From: an uncultured Solirubrobacterales bacterium | Lineage (GTDB): Bacteria; Actinomycetota; Thermoleophilia; Solirubrobacterales; 70-9 | Reading direction: 5' to 3' | Assembly: GCA_963730315.1 (NCBI GenBank) | Contig: CAVSRD010000019.1 | Location: 170,160 to 202,159, forward strand | Length of the DNA: 32,000 nt | Shown: positions 13,871 through 21,323 of the stretch, one piece after another | How the letters are laid out: each line of letters begins with the position of its first letter | Numbering within the stretch: position 1 is the first letter of the stretch | Made by a program: the position numbers and the translations under genes | The notes under the pieces: model-generated | The model's input: only the letters and a program-made list of their open reading frames with translations | What the model was told of the DNA's origin: nothing | Databases searched by the model: none

Positions 13871-15747
13871 CGCAGGCACCTGCCCAGCGCCATGATCGGG
13901 AAGACGAGACGGTAGAGGTGGTAGTTGATGTAGTAGTCGGATGGGAAGCCGGTGCCGGTGAACTGCGGCTCCTCCCAGCCGCCGTCGGGCAGCTGGGTCT
14001 CGACCAGCCACTGGACGCCGCGCCGCGCCGCGCCGCCGCGCCGCTCGCCGGCCGCGTCGAGCGCCAGCAGCGCCCAGGCGGTCTGCGAGGCGGTGCTCTC
14101 GCCGCGGCCGATCCAGGCCGGGTCATCGTAGGAGCGCGGGTCCTCGCCCCAGCCACCGTCGGGATTCTGATGCCGCTCGAGCCAGGCGACCGCGCGGCAC
14201 ACCGGCTCGGCCGTGGGCGGCATGCCGGCGGCGACCAGCGCCGGCACGGCGGCCCCGGTGCCGTAGACGTGGTTGACGCCCCAGCGCCCGAACCAGGAGC
14301 CGTCCTCCTCCTGGGCGGCCAGCAGCCAGTCGAGTCCGCCCCGCGCCGACTCGGCGCTGCCGCGGCCGAGCGTCGCGAGCATCTCCAGCGCGTGGGCGGT
14401 GACGTCGGCGCTCGGCGGGTCGATCACCTCGCCGAAGTCGCAGAAGGGCAGCTCGCGGACCAGCGAGCGGCGGTTGTCGGCGTCGAAGGCCCCCCAGCCG
14501 CCGTCGCCGCTTTGCATCCCCTCGACCCAGGCCGCCCCGCGCTCGATCGCCGCGGCGACGCGGCAGGGGTCCGGATGCTCGACCCGGCGCAGCGCCAGCG
14601 AGACCACGGCGGTGTCGTCGACGTCGGGGTAGTTGTCGTTCTCGAACTCGAACGCCCAGCCGCCAGGCTCGAGGTTTGGTCGGCGGATCGACCAGTCTCC
14701 GCGGGCGAGGATCTGCTCGCCGAGCAGCCAGTCGGCGGCGCGCACGAGCGGCTCCTCGTCGCCGGGCAGGCCGGCGTCGGTCAGCGCGACCAGTGCCAGG
14801 GCGGTGTCCCAGACCGACGACTGGCACGCTTCCATGCGGCGGGTGCCGTCCTCGACGGCGAACCGCTCCAGCCCCTCGAGGCCCCGTCGCATGACCGGGT
14901 GGTCGAGCTCGTAGCCGCGCAGGCTGAGCGCGATCAGCGAGTAGACCCAGGGCGGCTGGATGCCGCCCCAGGAGCCGTCGGCCTCCTGGCGGTCGACGAT
15001 CCAGCGCTCCGCGCGGCCGAGCGACGACTCGCGAAGCCTCCGCGGCGGGCGGCGCTGGTAGAGGTGCAGGAGTCGGTCGAGGCCGACCAGCGCCCGTCCA
15101 CGCAGCGAGGCCGGCGCCGGCGGAGACCAGGGCCGCTCGCCGCGCAGCTCCTCCAGCCCGAACGGCAACGGGCGGCTGGGCCGGTAGGAGAGCACGACTG
15201 AGAGCGCGACGATCGTCTGCCGAGCCCAGCAGGCGAAGTCGTAGGGATTGAATGGGAACCAGGGCGGCAGCAGGATCAGCTCGGCGGGCAGGGCCGGCAC
15301 CCGCTCCCATGGCCAGGCGCCGAACAGGGCCAGCCAGATGTGGGTGAAGACCCGCGCCTCCTCGAGGCCCCCCGCCTCACGGGCGAAGGCGGAGGCGGCG
15401 CGCATATGCTCGCTCTCGGGCGGGTCGCCGACGAGCCGCAGGCCGACGTAGGCCTCGATCGTGGTCGAGAGGTCGCCGGGGCCGCCGTGGAAGTTGGCCC
15501 AGGAGCCGTCGGGTCGCTGCCGGGAGCGGATCGAGGCGGCGGAGCGCTCGCTCGCGTCAGCCTTCCGGATACCGAGGAACTCCCGCAGGAGCAGATCCTC
15601 GGCGTCCATGGTGACGTTCGTCTCCAGCTCGCCCTGCCACCAGCCGTCGGCGCTCTGCAGAGAGAGCAGGCGCTCCCGGGCGCGGAGCAGCGCCTCCTCG
15701 GTGGCGTCGGGAGTGGCGACTTCGCGCGCCGCCTCGCTTGACCCCAT
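13867..15747 (-). CDS. shc: squalene-hopene cyclase
   Basis: Track ORF, 626 aa. It has repeated QW motifs (QSADGWWQGE, RQRPDGSWANF, RQEADGSWGG, MQSGDGGWGAF, AQEEDGSWFGRWG, HQNPDGGWGE, TQLPDGGWEE) and the catalytic DVDDTA motif (NYPDVDDTAVVSLAL). Confidence 0.95.
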   Translation of the reverse strand: MGSSEAAREVATPDATEEALLRARERLLSLQSADGWWQGELETNVTMDAEDLLLREFLGIRKADASERSAASIRSRQRPDGSWANFHGGPGDLSTTIEAYVGLRLVGDPPESEHMRAASAFAREAGGLEEARVFTHIWLALFGAWPWERVPALPAELILLPPWFPFNPYDFACWARQTIVALSVVLSYRPSRPLPFGLEELRGERPWSPPAPASLRGRALVGLDRLLHLYQRRPPRRLRESSLGRAERWIVDRQEADGSWGGIQPPWVYSLIALSLRGYELDHPVMRRGLEGLERFAVEDGTRRMEACQSSVWDTALALVALTDAGLPGDEEPLVRAADWLLGEQILARGDWSIRRPNLEPGGWAFEFENDNYPDVDDTAVVSLALRRVEHPDPCRVAAAIERGAAWVEGMQSGDGGWGAFDADNRRSLVRELPFCDFGEVIDPPSADVTAHALEMLATLGRGSAESARGGLDWLLAAQEEDGSWFGRWGVNHVYGTGAAVPALVAAGMPPTAEPVCRAVAWLERHQNPDGGWGEDPRSYDDPAWIGRGESTASQTAWALLALDAAGERRGGAARRGVQWLVETQLPDGGWEEPQFTGTGFPSDYYINYHLYRLVFPIMALGRCLR

Positions 15748-15789
15748 GCGTTGACGGATAGCGGCCCCAAGATGACAGATCGCCGAGAA

Positions 15790-15863
15790 TCGGGGCGCCC
15801 GGATTCGAACCGGGGACCTCGGCCACCCAAAGGCCGCGCGCTACCAGGCTGCGCCACGCCCCG
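15790..15863 (-). tRNA. tRNA-Pro (anticodon UGG)
   Basis: Reverse complement: CGGGGCG TG GCGC AGCCTGGTA GCGC G CGGCC TTTGGGT GGCCG AGGTC CCCGG TTCGAAT CCGGG CGCCCCG A. This is 74 nt with a full cloverleaf. CCA is not encoded. Confidence 0.93.
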
Positions 15864-15932
15864 CTGGTTCGATCTTAAAGCCACCTGGGCGGCGCGACGC
15901 GAGCGGCTCGGCAACCGCTAGGTTCCGCCCAG

Positions 15933-17222
15933 ATGGCCGACGTGCGCCCGATCTATGCGACCCACTACGACCTCGGGGTGGTCGGCTCGCTGGACGAGGT
16001 CGCGGCGCCGCCCTACGACGTGATCGACGCGGCCCAGCGGGCCGAGCTGCTCGAGCGCTCCCCCTACAACGCGGTGGCGATCGACCTGCCGAAACCCTAC
16101 GGCGAGACCGGGCCGCAGCAGACAGAGGGCGACCCCTACGAGAGGGCGGCGGAGACGATGGCCGCATGGCGCGAGGCCGGCGCGCTCGTCAGCGACTCCG
16201 AGCCGGCGATCTGGGCGATGGCCCAGGCGTACACCGGTCCCGACGGAACAGCCCGCACCCGCCACGGCATCCTGGCCCGGGTCCGGGTCGAGGACTTCTC
16301 GGCCGGACAGGTGCTGCCCCACGAGCGGACCCTGCCCGGGCCGAAGCAGGACCGCCTCGACCTGACCCGCGCAACCCGCCACAACCTCTCGCCGATCTTC
16401 TCGCTCAGCACCGCGGACCCCTGGCCGCTCGTCGCCGCCGGGATCGACCTGGAAGCCCCGTGGGGCGAAGCGACCGACGAGGGCGGCACCGTGACCCGCG
16501 TCTGGCGGGTCGGCGATGCCGCGATCCACTCGCAGGTGAGCGAGCTGCTGGCCGGCGCCCAGCTGCTGATCGCCGACGGCCACCACCGTTACGAGACGGC
16601 GATCGCCTACCGCGACGAGGTCGGCGGCGAGGGCGACCACGACTACACCTTGATGGCGCTGACCGGGCTCGACGACCCGGGCCTCACCGTCTTCCCCACC
16701 CACCGGCTGCTCTCCGGCTTCCGCGACGATCCCGAGCGCCAGCGGCGGCTCGGCGAGGGGCTGCGCGAGCTGTTCGAGACAACCGAGGTGCCGGCCGGGG
16801 AGCTGGACCCGCTCGGCGAGCTGGGGGTCGGCGTCTTCGGCCTCTACGACGCCCACCATCGGCAGGGCTACCGCCTGCGGCTGAAGGACGCTGCGATCGC
16901 CGCTTTGGACCGGCAGCTCGCCGGCAGGCCCGAGGCTTTCCGCCGGCTCGACGTGGCGATCCTCGAGACGCTGGTGCTGAAGGGGATCGCCGGGCTGAGC
17001 GAGGACGACATCCTCGCCAAGCGCGGCCTTGGCTACGCGAAGAGCGTCGAGGACTCGCTCGGGCTGATCGAGCGCGGCGCCTACGACGTCGCCTTTCTGC
17101 TCCGCCCGATCCCGGTCGACCAGGTGCGGGCGATCTGCGAGAGCGAGGAGAACATGCCGCCCAAGTCGACCTATTTCTTCCCCAAGGTGCCGACCGGGCT
17201 GGTCTTCAACCCGGTCGGTTGA
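15933..17222 (+). CDS. DUF1015 domain-containing protein
   Basis: Track ORF, 429 aa. PPYDVI...LPHERTLPGPKQDRLDLTRATRHNLSPIFSLS...ADGHHRYETA... matches the DUF1015 family pattern. Confidence 0.85.
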   Translation: MADVRPIYATHYDLGVVGSLDEVAAPPYDVIDAAQRAELLERSPYNAVAIDLPKPYGETGPQQTEGDPYERAAETMAAWREAGALVSDSEPAIWAMAQAYTGPDGTARTRHGILARVRVEDFSAGQVLPHERTLPGPKQDRLDLTRATRHNLSPIFSLSTADPWPLVAAGIDLEAPWGEATDEGGTVTRVWRVGDAAIHSQVSELLAGAQLLIADGHHRYETAIAYRDEVGGEGDHDYTLMALTGLDDPGLTVFPTHRLLSGFRDDPERQRRLGEGLRELFETTEVPAGELDPLGELGVGVFGLYDAHHRQGYRLRLKDAAIAALDRQLAGRPEAFRRLDVAILETLVLKGIAGLSEDDILAKRGLGYAKSVEDSLGLIERGAYDVAFLLRPIPVDQVRAICESEENMPPKSTYFFPKVPTGLVFNPVG

Positions 17223-17250
17223 GGTGCGCTCTCCGTAGGATGGGCCCCAG

Positions 17251-17826
17251 GTGAAGATCTACACGCGTAAGGGCGACGACGGCACCACCTCGCTCTGGTA
17301 CGGCGGGCGGGTCCCCAAGCATCACGGCCGCACCGAGGCGTACGGGGCCCTCGACGAGGCCGGCTCGGTGCTGGGCGTGGCCCGCGCCCTGTGCGGCGCG
17401 GAGGGGGCCGAGGAGCTGGCCGGCGACCTGCTCCGCCTCCAGGATGACCTGTTCGTCGCCGGCGCCGAGCTGGCGACCGCGCCAGAGGCGGCGGCACGGC
17501 TCGAAGACGGGGTCAGCCGCACGACCGAGGAGATGGTGGAGTGGCTGGAGGGGCGGATCGACCGCTACATGGGAGAGGTCGACCTGCCGCCGCAGTTCGT
17601 AATTCCGGGCGGCAACCAGCTCTCCGCCCAGCTCGACGTGGCCCGCGCGACGATCCGCCGCGCCGAGCGCCGGATCAGCGCCCTTGGCGAGGCCGGCGAG
17701 CTGGCCGGCGAGACGATCGTCCACTTCGTCAACCGCGCCTCGGACCTCGTCTACGCGATGGCCCGCTTCGCCGACGTCGACGACCCGGCCCTGTTCGAGG
17801 GCAGGCGGCGGGATGGGGCGCGATGA
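17251..17826 (+). CDS. ATP:cob(I)alamin adenosyltransferase, PduO/MMAB type
   Basis: Track ORF, 191 aa, with a GTG start. (M)KIYTRKGDDGTTSL...R..K...R.EAYG.LDE....LG.A...LQ.DLF..GAELA...FV.PGG....A.L.VAR...RRAER is the canonical PduO-type N-terminal domain. Confidence 0.9.
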   Translation: MKIYTRKGDDGTTSLWYGGRVPKHHGRTEAYGALDEAGSVLGVARALCGAEGAEELAGDLLRLQDDLFVAGAELATAPEAAARLEDGVSRTTEEMVEWLEGRIDRYMGEVDLPPQFVIPGGNQLSAQLDVARATIRRAERRISALGEAGELAGETIVHFVNRASDLVYAMARFADVDDPALFEGRRRDGAR

Positions 17827-18224
17827 AGGTCAGCGCCCGCCGCCGCGAGGGATTCGTCCACGATGTGGAGATCGAAGGTGGAGCCCACCACCTCGTCGTC
17901 GACGAGCCCGAGGTGGCCGGGGGCACCGACGCGGGGCCCGCCCCGACCCGGCTGGTCGCCGCCGGCCTGGCGAGCTGCATCGCGATCACGATGGAGATGT
18001 ACGCGGAGCGCAAAGGCTGGGATTTGGGGGAAGTCGGGGTGGATGTCAACGTCGCCTACGAGGGCTTCGTCCCGACCTCGTTCGCTGCCTCGATCGACCT
18101 GCCGGATGAGTTCAGCGACGAGCAGCGGGAGCGCCTGCTGGTCATCGCCCGCAAATGCCCGGTCCACAAGCTGCTCGCCGGCGAGGCCGAGGTCACGATC
18201 TCCGAGCGGGCCGAGCCGGTGTAG
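17823..18224 (+). CDS. OsmC/Ohr-family peroxiredoxin-like protein
   Basis: Internal ATG at 17823 of track ORF 17541..18224 gives 133 aa, with an ATGA overlap on the upstream stop. ...DEPEVAGGTDAGPAPTRLVAAGLASCIAITMEMYAERKGW...IARKCPVHKLL is the OsmC pattern with its two conserved Cys. Confidence 0.85.
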   Translation: MKVSARRREGFVHDVEIEGGAHHLVVDEPEVAGGTDAGPAPTRLVAAGLASCIAITMEMYAERKGWDLGEVGVDVNVAYEGFVPTSFAASIDLPDEFSDEQRERLLVIARKCPVHKLLAGEAEVTISERAEPV

Positions 18225-19025
18225 ATGGACCTCGGCTTGAGAGGTCGCGGTTGCGTCGTCACCGGCGCCAGCCGCGGGATCGGCCGCGAGGCGGCGCGAC
18301 TGCTCTGCGCCGAGGGAGCCGACGTCCTGCTGGTCGCCCGGGGCGAGGAGCGGCTTGCGGACGCCGCCGAGGAAGCGGCCGGGGCCGGCGGCCGCGCCGA
18401 GACGCTCGCCCTCGACGTCACCGACCCCGACGCCGGCGAGCGGATGCTGGCGGCGGCGAGCGAGCGCTTCGGCAGCCTCGACGTGCTCGTCAACAACGCC
18501 GGCGCAGCGAGCTGGCGCGACCTCGACGAGGTGCCCGACGAGGACTGGCGCGCCCAGTACGAGCTGAACGTGATGGCGCCGCTGCGGGCGATGCGCGCCG
18601 CCGCCCCGGCGATGGCCGAGCGCGGCTGGGGCCGGGTCGTGAACGTCTGCTCGACCGCCGGCAAGCGTCCCTCCGCGGCGATGCCCGAGTACTCGGTCGC
18701 GAAGGCGGCCGAGCTGTCGCTCTCCCGCCTCTTTGCCGACCGCTACGCGAAGCGGGGCGTCCTCGTCAACGCGGTCTGTCCCGGCCCGGTCGAGTCCGAG
18801 CTGTGGATGGAGCCGGGCGGTCTCCTCGACCAGTCGCGGGAGATGTCGGGCGCGGGGAGCCGCGAGGAGGCGCTGGCGACCGCCGGCTCGAAACGACCGA
18901 TCGGCCGCCTGGCCGAGGCCGGAGAGATCGCCGCCGCGATCGTCTTCCTCTGCTCGGAGCGCGCCTCCTACGTCAGCGGCGCCGCCTGGTCGGTGGACGG
19001 CGGCACCGTCCAGGTGATCATCTGA
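18225..19025 (+). CDS. SDR-family oxidoreductase (FabG-like)
   Basis: Track ORF, 266 aa. It has TGASRGIG (cofactor binding), NNAG, the catalytic YSVAKAA motif and the VNAVCPGPV tail motif. Its ATG follows the OsmC TAG directly. Confidence 0.9.
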   Translation: MDLGLRGRGCVVTGASRGIGREAARLLCAEGADVLLVARGEERLADAAEEAAGAGGRAETLALDVTDPDAGERMLAAASERFGSLDVLVNNAGAASWRDLDEVPDEDWRAQYELNVMAPLRAMRAAAPAMAERGWGRVVNVCSTAGKRPSAAMPEYSVAKAAELSLSRLFADRYAKRGVLVNAVCPGPVESELWMEPGGLLDQSREMSGAGSREEALATAGSKRPIGRLAEAGEIAAAIVFLCSERASYVSGAAWSVDGGTVQVII

Positions 19026-19522
19026 GACGGGAGGTCGACGCGGCGGTCCTGTTGCCCCTCTACGGGTGGCCCGACGAGCCGGGGCTCGTCTTCACTGAGC
19101 GCCGCGCGGACCTGCGCCGCCACGCTGGCGAGATCTCGTTTCCCGGGGGGCGGAGAGACGAGGGCGACGCCGACCTGGCCGCCACCGCCCTGCGCGAGTC
19201 CCAGGAGGAGATCGGCCTCGACCCCGGGTCGGTCGAGATCGGCGAGGAGCTGCCGCCCACCGCGACCTTCGTCACCGGCTACCGCATCCACCCCTTCGTC
19301 GGCCGCATCCCCCACCCCGGCGAGCTCGACCTGAGGCCGAACCCGGACGAGGTGGAGACGGTGCTCACGTTCTCCTTGGAGGTCCTCCGCGAGGGCTACG
19401 CGATGCGCCGCCTGATCCGCCGCGGCATCCCACTCCACACGCCCACGTACGAGGTGGAAGGACACATGATCTGGGGAGCTACGGCCCGCATCCTCGGCGA
19501 TTTCCTGCAGAAACCCGCGTGA
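19022..19522 (+). CDS. Nudix hydrolase, CoA pyrophosphatase (NudL-like); start uncertain
   Basis: This is the C-terminal part of track ORF 18155..19522. AAVLLPL...ISFPGGRRDEGDADLAATALRESQEEIGL closely parallels the NudL-type Nudix box FPGG..D..D.....AALRE..EE. No ATG/GTG lies near the expected N-terminus. CTG 19022 (preceded by AGGTGAtcat) is chosen provisionally. Confidence 0.7.
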   Translation: MRREVDAAVLLPLYGWPDEPGLVFTERRADLRRHAGEISFPGGRRDEGDADLAATALRESQEEIGLDPGSVEIGEELPPTATFVTGYRIHPFVGRIPHPGELDLRPNPDEVETVLTFSLEVLREGYAMRRLIRRGIPLHTPTYEVEGHMIWGATARILGDFLQKPA

Positions 19523-19540
19523 GCCGGCCCGCGACGGCGC

Positions 19541-20383
19541 TCAGACGTCCTTCTCGATCGGCATCCCGACCAGATTCCCCCACTCGGTCCACGACCCGTC
19601 GTAGTTCTTGACGTCCCCCTGACCGAGCAGCTCGTGCAGGACGAACCAGGTGTGAGCGGAGCGCTCGCCGATCCGGCAGTAGGCGATGATCGGGTTGTCG
19701 CCGTCGATCACGCCCTTCGAGGTGTACAGCTCGCGAAGCTCGTCGGCCGATTTGAAGGTGCCGTCCTCGTTCACCGCCTGCGCCCAGGGAACCGAGGCGG
19801 CGCCCGGGACGTGCCCGCCGCGCTGCGCGCCCTCCTGCTCGTAGCCGGCCATCGCGATCAGCTCGCCCGAGTACTCCTGCGGGCTGCGCACGTCGACCAG
19901 GTTGGTCGAGGAGTCGATCGCCTGCCTGACCTCGTCGCGGTAGGCGCGGATCGAGTCGTCGCCGGGCTGGGCCGTGAACGTCGCCGCGGGATGGTCGGGC
20001 AGCTCGGTGCTCGTCTCGTGCCCATCGGCGATCCACTTGTCGCGCGGCCCGTCGACAAGCTTCACCTTGTCGTGGCCGTAGTAGCGGAAGTACCAGTAGG
20101 TGTAGGCGGCGAACCAGTTGTTGCGGTCGCCGTAGAGGACGACCATGTGATCGTTGGAGATGCCGCGGCTGCCCATCAGCGCGCCGAAGTCCTCGGGGCC
20201 GAGGAAGTCGCGCTTCACCTGGTCCTGGAGGTCGGTCTGCCAGTCGAATCCGATCGCTCCCGGGATGTGCGCCTCCGCGTACAGCTCTGGGTTCTCGTCG
20301 ACCTCGACGATGCGGATCGAGTCGTCGTCGAGGTGCTCGGCGACCCAATCGGTCTCGACAAGGACATCCTTCGCATAGCTCAT
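19541..20383 (-). CDS. thiosulfate sulfurtransferase (two-domain rhodanese)
   Basis: This is the M11 start of track ORF 19541..20413, preceded by GGAGGttgcgg. MSYAKDVLVETDWVAEHL...HIPGA...VVLYGD.NNWFAAYTYW...YCRIGERSAHTWFVL...NYDGSWTEWG contains the active-site CRIGERS loop. Confidence 0.9.
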   Translation of the reverse strand: MSYAKDVLVETDWVAEHLDDDSIRIVEVDENPELYAEAHIPGAIGFDWQTDLQDQVKRDFLGPEDFGALMGSRGISNDHMVVLYGDRNNWFAAYTYWYFRYYGHDKVKLVDGPRDKWIADGHETSTELPDHPAATFTAQPGDDSIRAYRDEVRQAIDSSTNLVDVRSPQEYSGELIAMAGYEQEGAQRGGHVPGAASVPWAQAVNEDGTFKSADELRELYTSKGVIDGDNPIIAYCRIGERSAHTWFVLHELLGQGDVKNYDGSWTEWGNLVGMPIEKDV

Positions 20384-20458
20384 CCGCAACCTCCGATTCC
20401 GTGACCTCCCCAATTGGGCCTAATCCCAATCGGAGTTTAGAGATATCGGGGATCGAGC

Positions 20459-20971
20459 TCAGCCCTCGGCCACGCCGAGGACGCCGCCGGCGGCGGTGTC
20501 GGTCCAGATGATCGTGGGATCCTCCCAGGTGGCCGAGTCGCACGGGTCGACGAGCAGGTAGGAGACCGGCATCTGCCAGGTCTCAGCCACCGCCTCGACC
20601 GTCTCGCGGCCGCGGGCGAGCAGGATCGAGTCGACGCTCCCCGCCGACTCGTAGACGAAGCCGCGCACGGGCGTCTCGACCAGTTTCTTCAGCACCCGAT
20701 CAAGCCGCGGGCCGTGGAGCGCGGACAGTTCCTCCGCCGTCCCCTCGGCCGAGCCGAGAATCCAGGCGACCACCGTCACGTCGCCGGCCACCTCGAGCAT
20801 CGAGCCGGGGTCGGCCGGATCGGCAAAGGCAGGCTCGATCCCCGCCGCCTCGATCGCCGCGAGGCCCTCATCGCGACGGCTCGTGCCCCGCACCTCCCAG
20901 CCCTTGGCCAGCAGGCGCTTGCCGAGCAGGCGCCCGCGGCAACCGCAGCCGACGATCAGCGCTCGCGCCAT
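20459..20971 (-). CDS. short NAD(P)-binding Rossmann-fold protein (170 aa)
   Basis: Track ORF. The N-terminal ALIVGCGCRGRLLGKRLLAKGWEVRGTSR is a GxGxxG dinucleotide-binding motif. The frame is GC3-rich. Confidence 0.65.
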   Translation of the reverse strand: MARALIVGCGCRGRLLGKRLLAKGWEVRGTSRRDEGLAAIEAAGIEPAFADPADPGSMLEVAGDVTVVAWILGSAEGTAEELSALHGPRLDRVLKKLVETPVRGFVYESAGSVDSILLARGRETVEAVAETWQMPVSYLLVDPCDSATWEDPTIIWTDTAAGGVLGVAEG

Positions 20972-20984
20972 CGCCCCACCCCGC

Positions 20985-21278
20985 TCAGGCCGGGTCGAAG
21001 GGATCGCCCCGGCGCAGCCGTTCCATCTCCTCCTGCTCGACCTCGGCCCGCAGCGCCTCCTCGTCTATCTCCGGCGCGCCGCGACGGCGGCGCATCGCGT
21101 TCTGGGCTTCGAGCATCTGCCGCACGTCGTCGATTTCGTTCTGCGCCTCCACCTCGGGTGAGCGCGTCGGCCTCCAGTCGACCAGCTCGGCGCTGCTGCC
21201 CGGGTAGTAGTGCCCGATCAGCAGCAGCACCCCAACGATCAGCGCCAGCATGGCGAGCGTTCCAAGGACGAACCACAC
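20985..21278 (-). CDS. small N-terminally membrane-anchored hypothetical protein
   Basis: Track ORF, 97 aa, with a GTG start (alternative ATG at 21251). It has one TM segment (FVLGTLAMLALIVGVLLLIG) and then a charged helical tail. The frame is GC3-rich. Confidence 0.55.
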   Translation of the reverse strand: MWFVLGTLAMLALIVGVLLLIGHYYPGSSAELVDWRPTRSPEVEAQNEIDDVRQMLEAQNAMRRRRGAPEIDEEALRAEVEQEEMERLRRGDPFDPA

Positions 21279-21323
21279 GGGGCAAGGATACGCCGGATGT
21301 GCCGGTTCCCTTTAATCCGACGG

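Noticed and set aside
12709-15201. An 830-aa plus-strand ORF antisense to hpnH, hpnG and shc. Minus-strand shadows lie at 12191..13132, 13371..14156, 14123..15310 and 15276..15914.
   Set aside because: The genuine frames carry unmistakable radical-SAM, QW and DVDDTA motifs. The antisense and off-frame ORFs are low-complexity Arg/Ala/Pro/Gly strings.
15918-16859. A 313-aa minus-strand ORF antisense to the DUF1015 gene. The 362-aa plus-strand ORF 16166..17254 is off-frame.
   Set aside because: The DUF1015 frame shows the family motifs and GC3 bias. The alternatives are low-complexity shadow frames.
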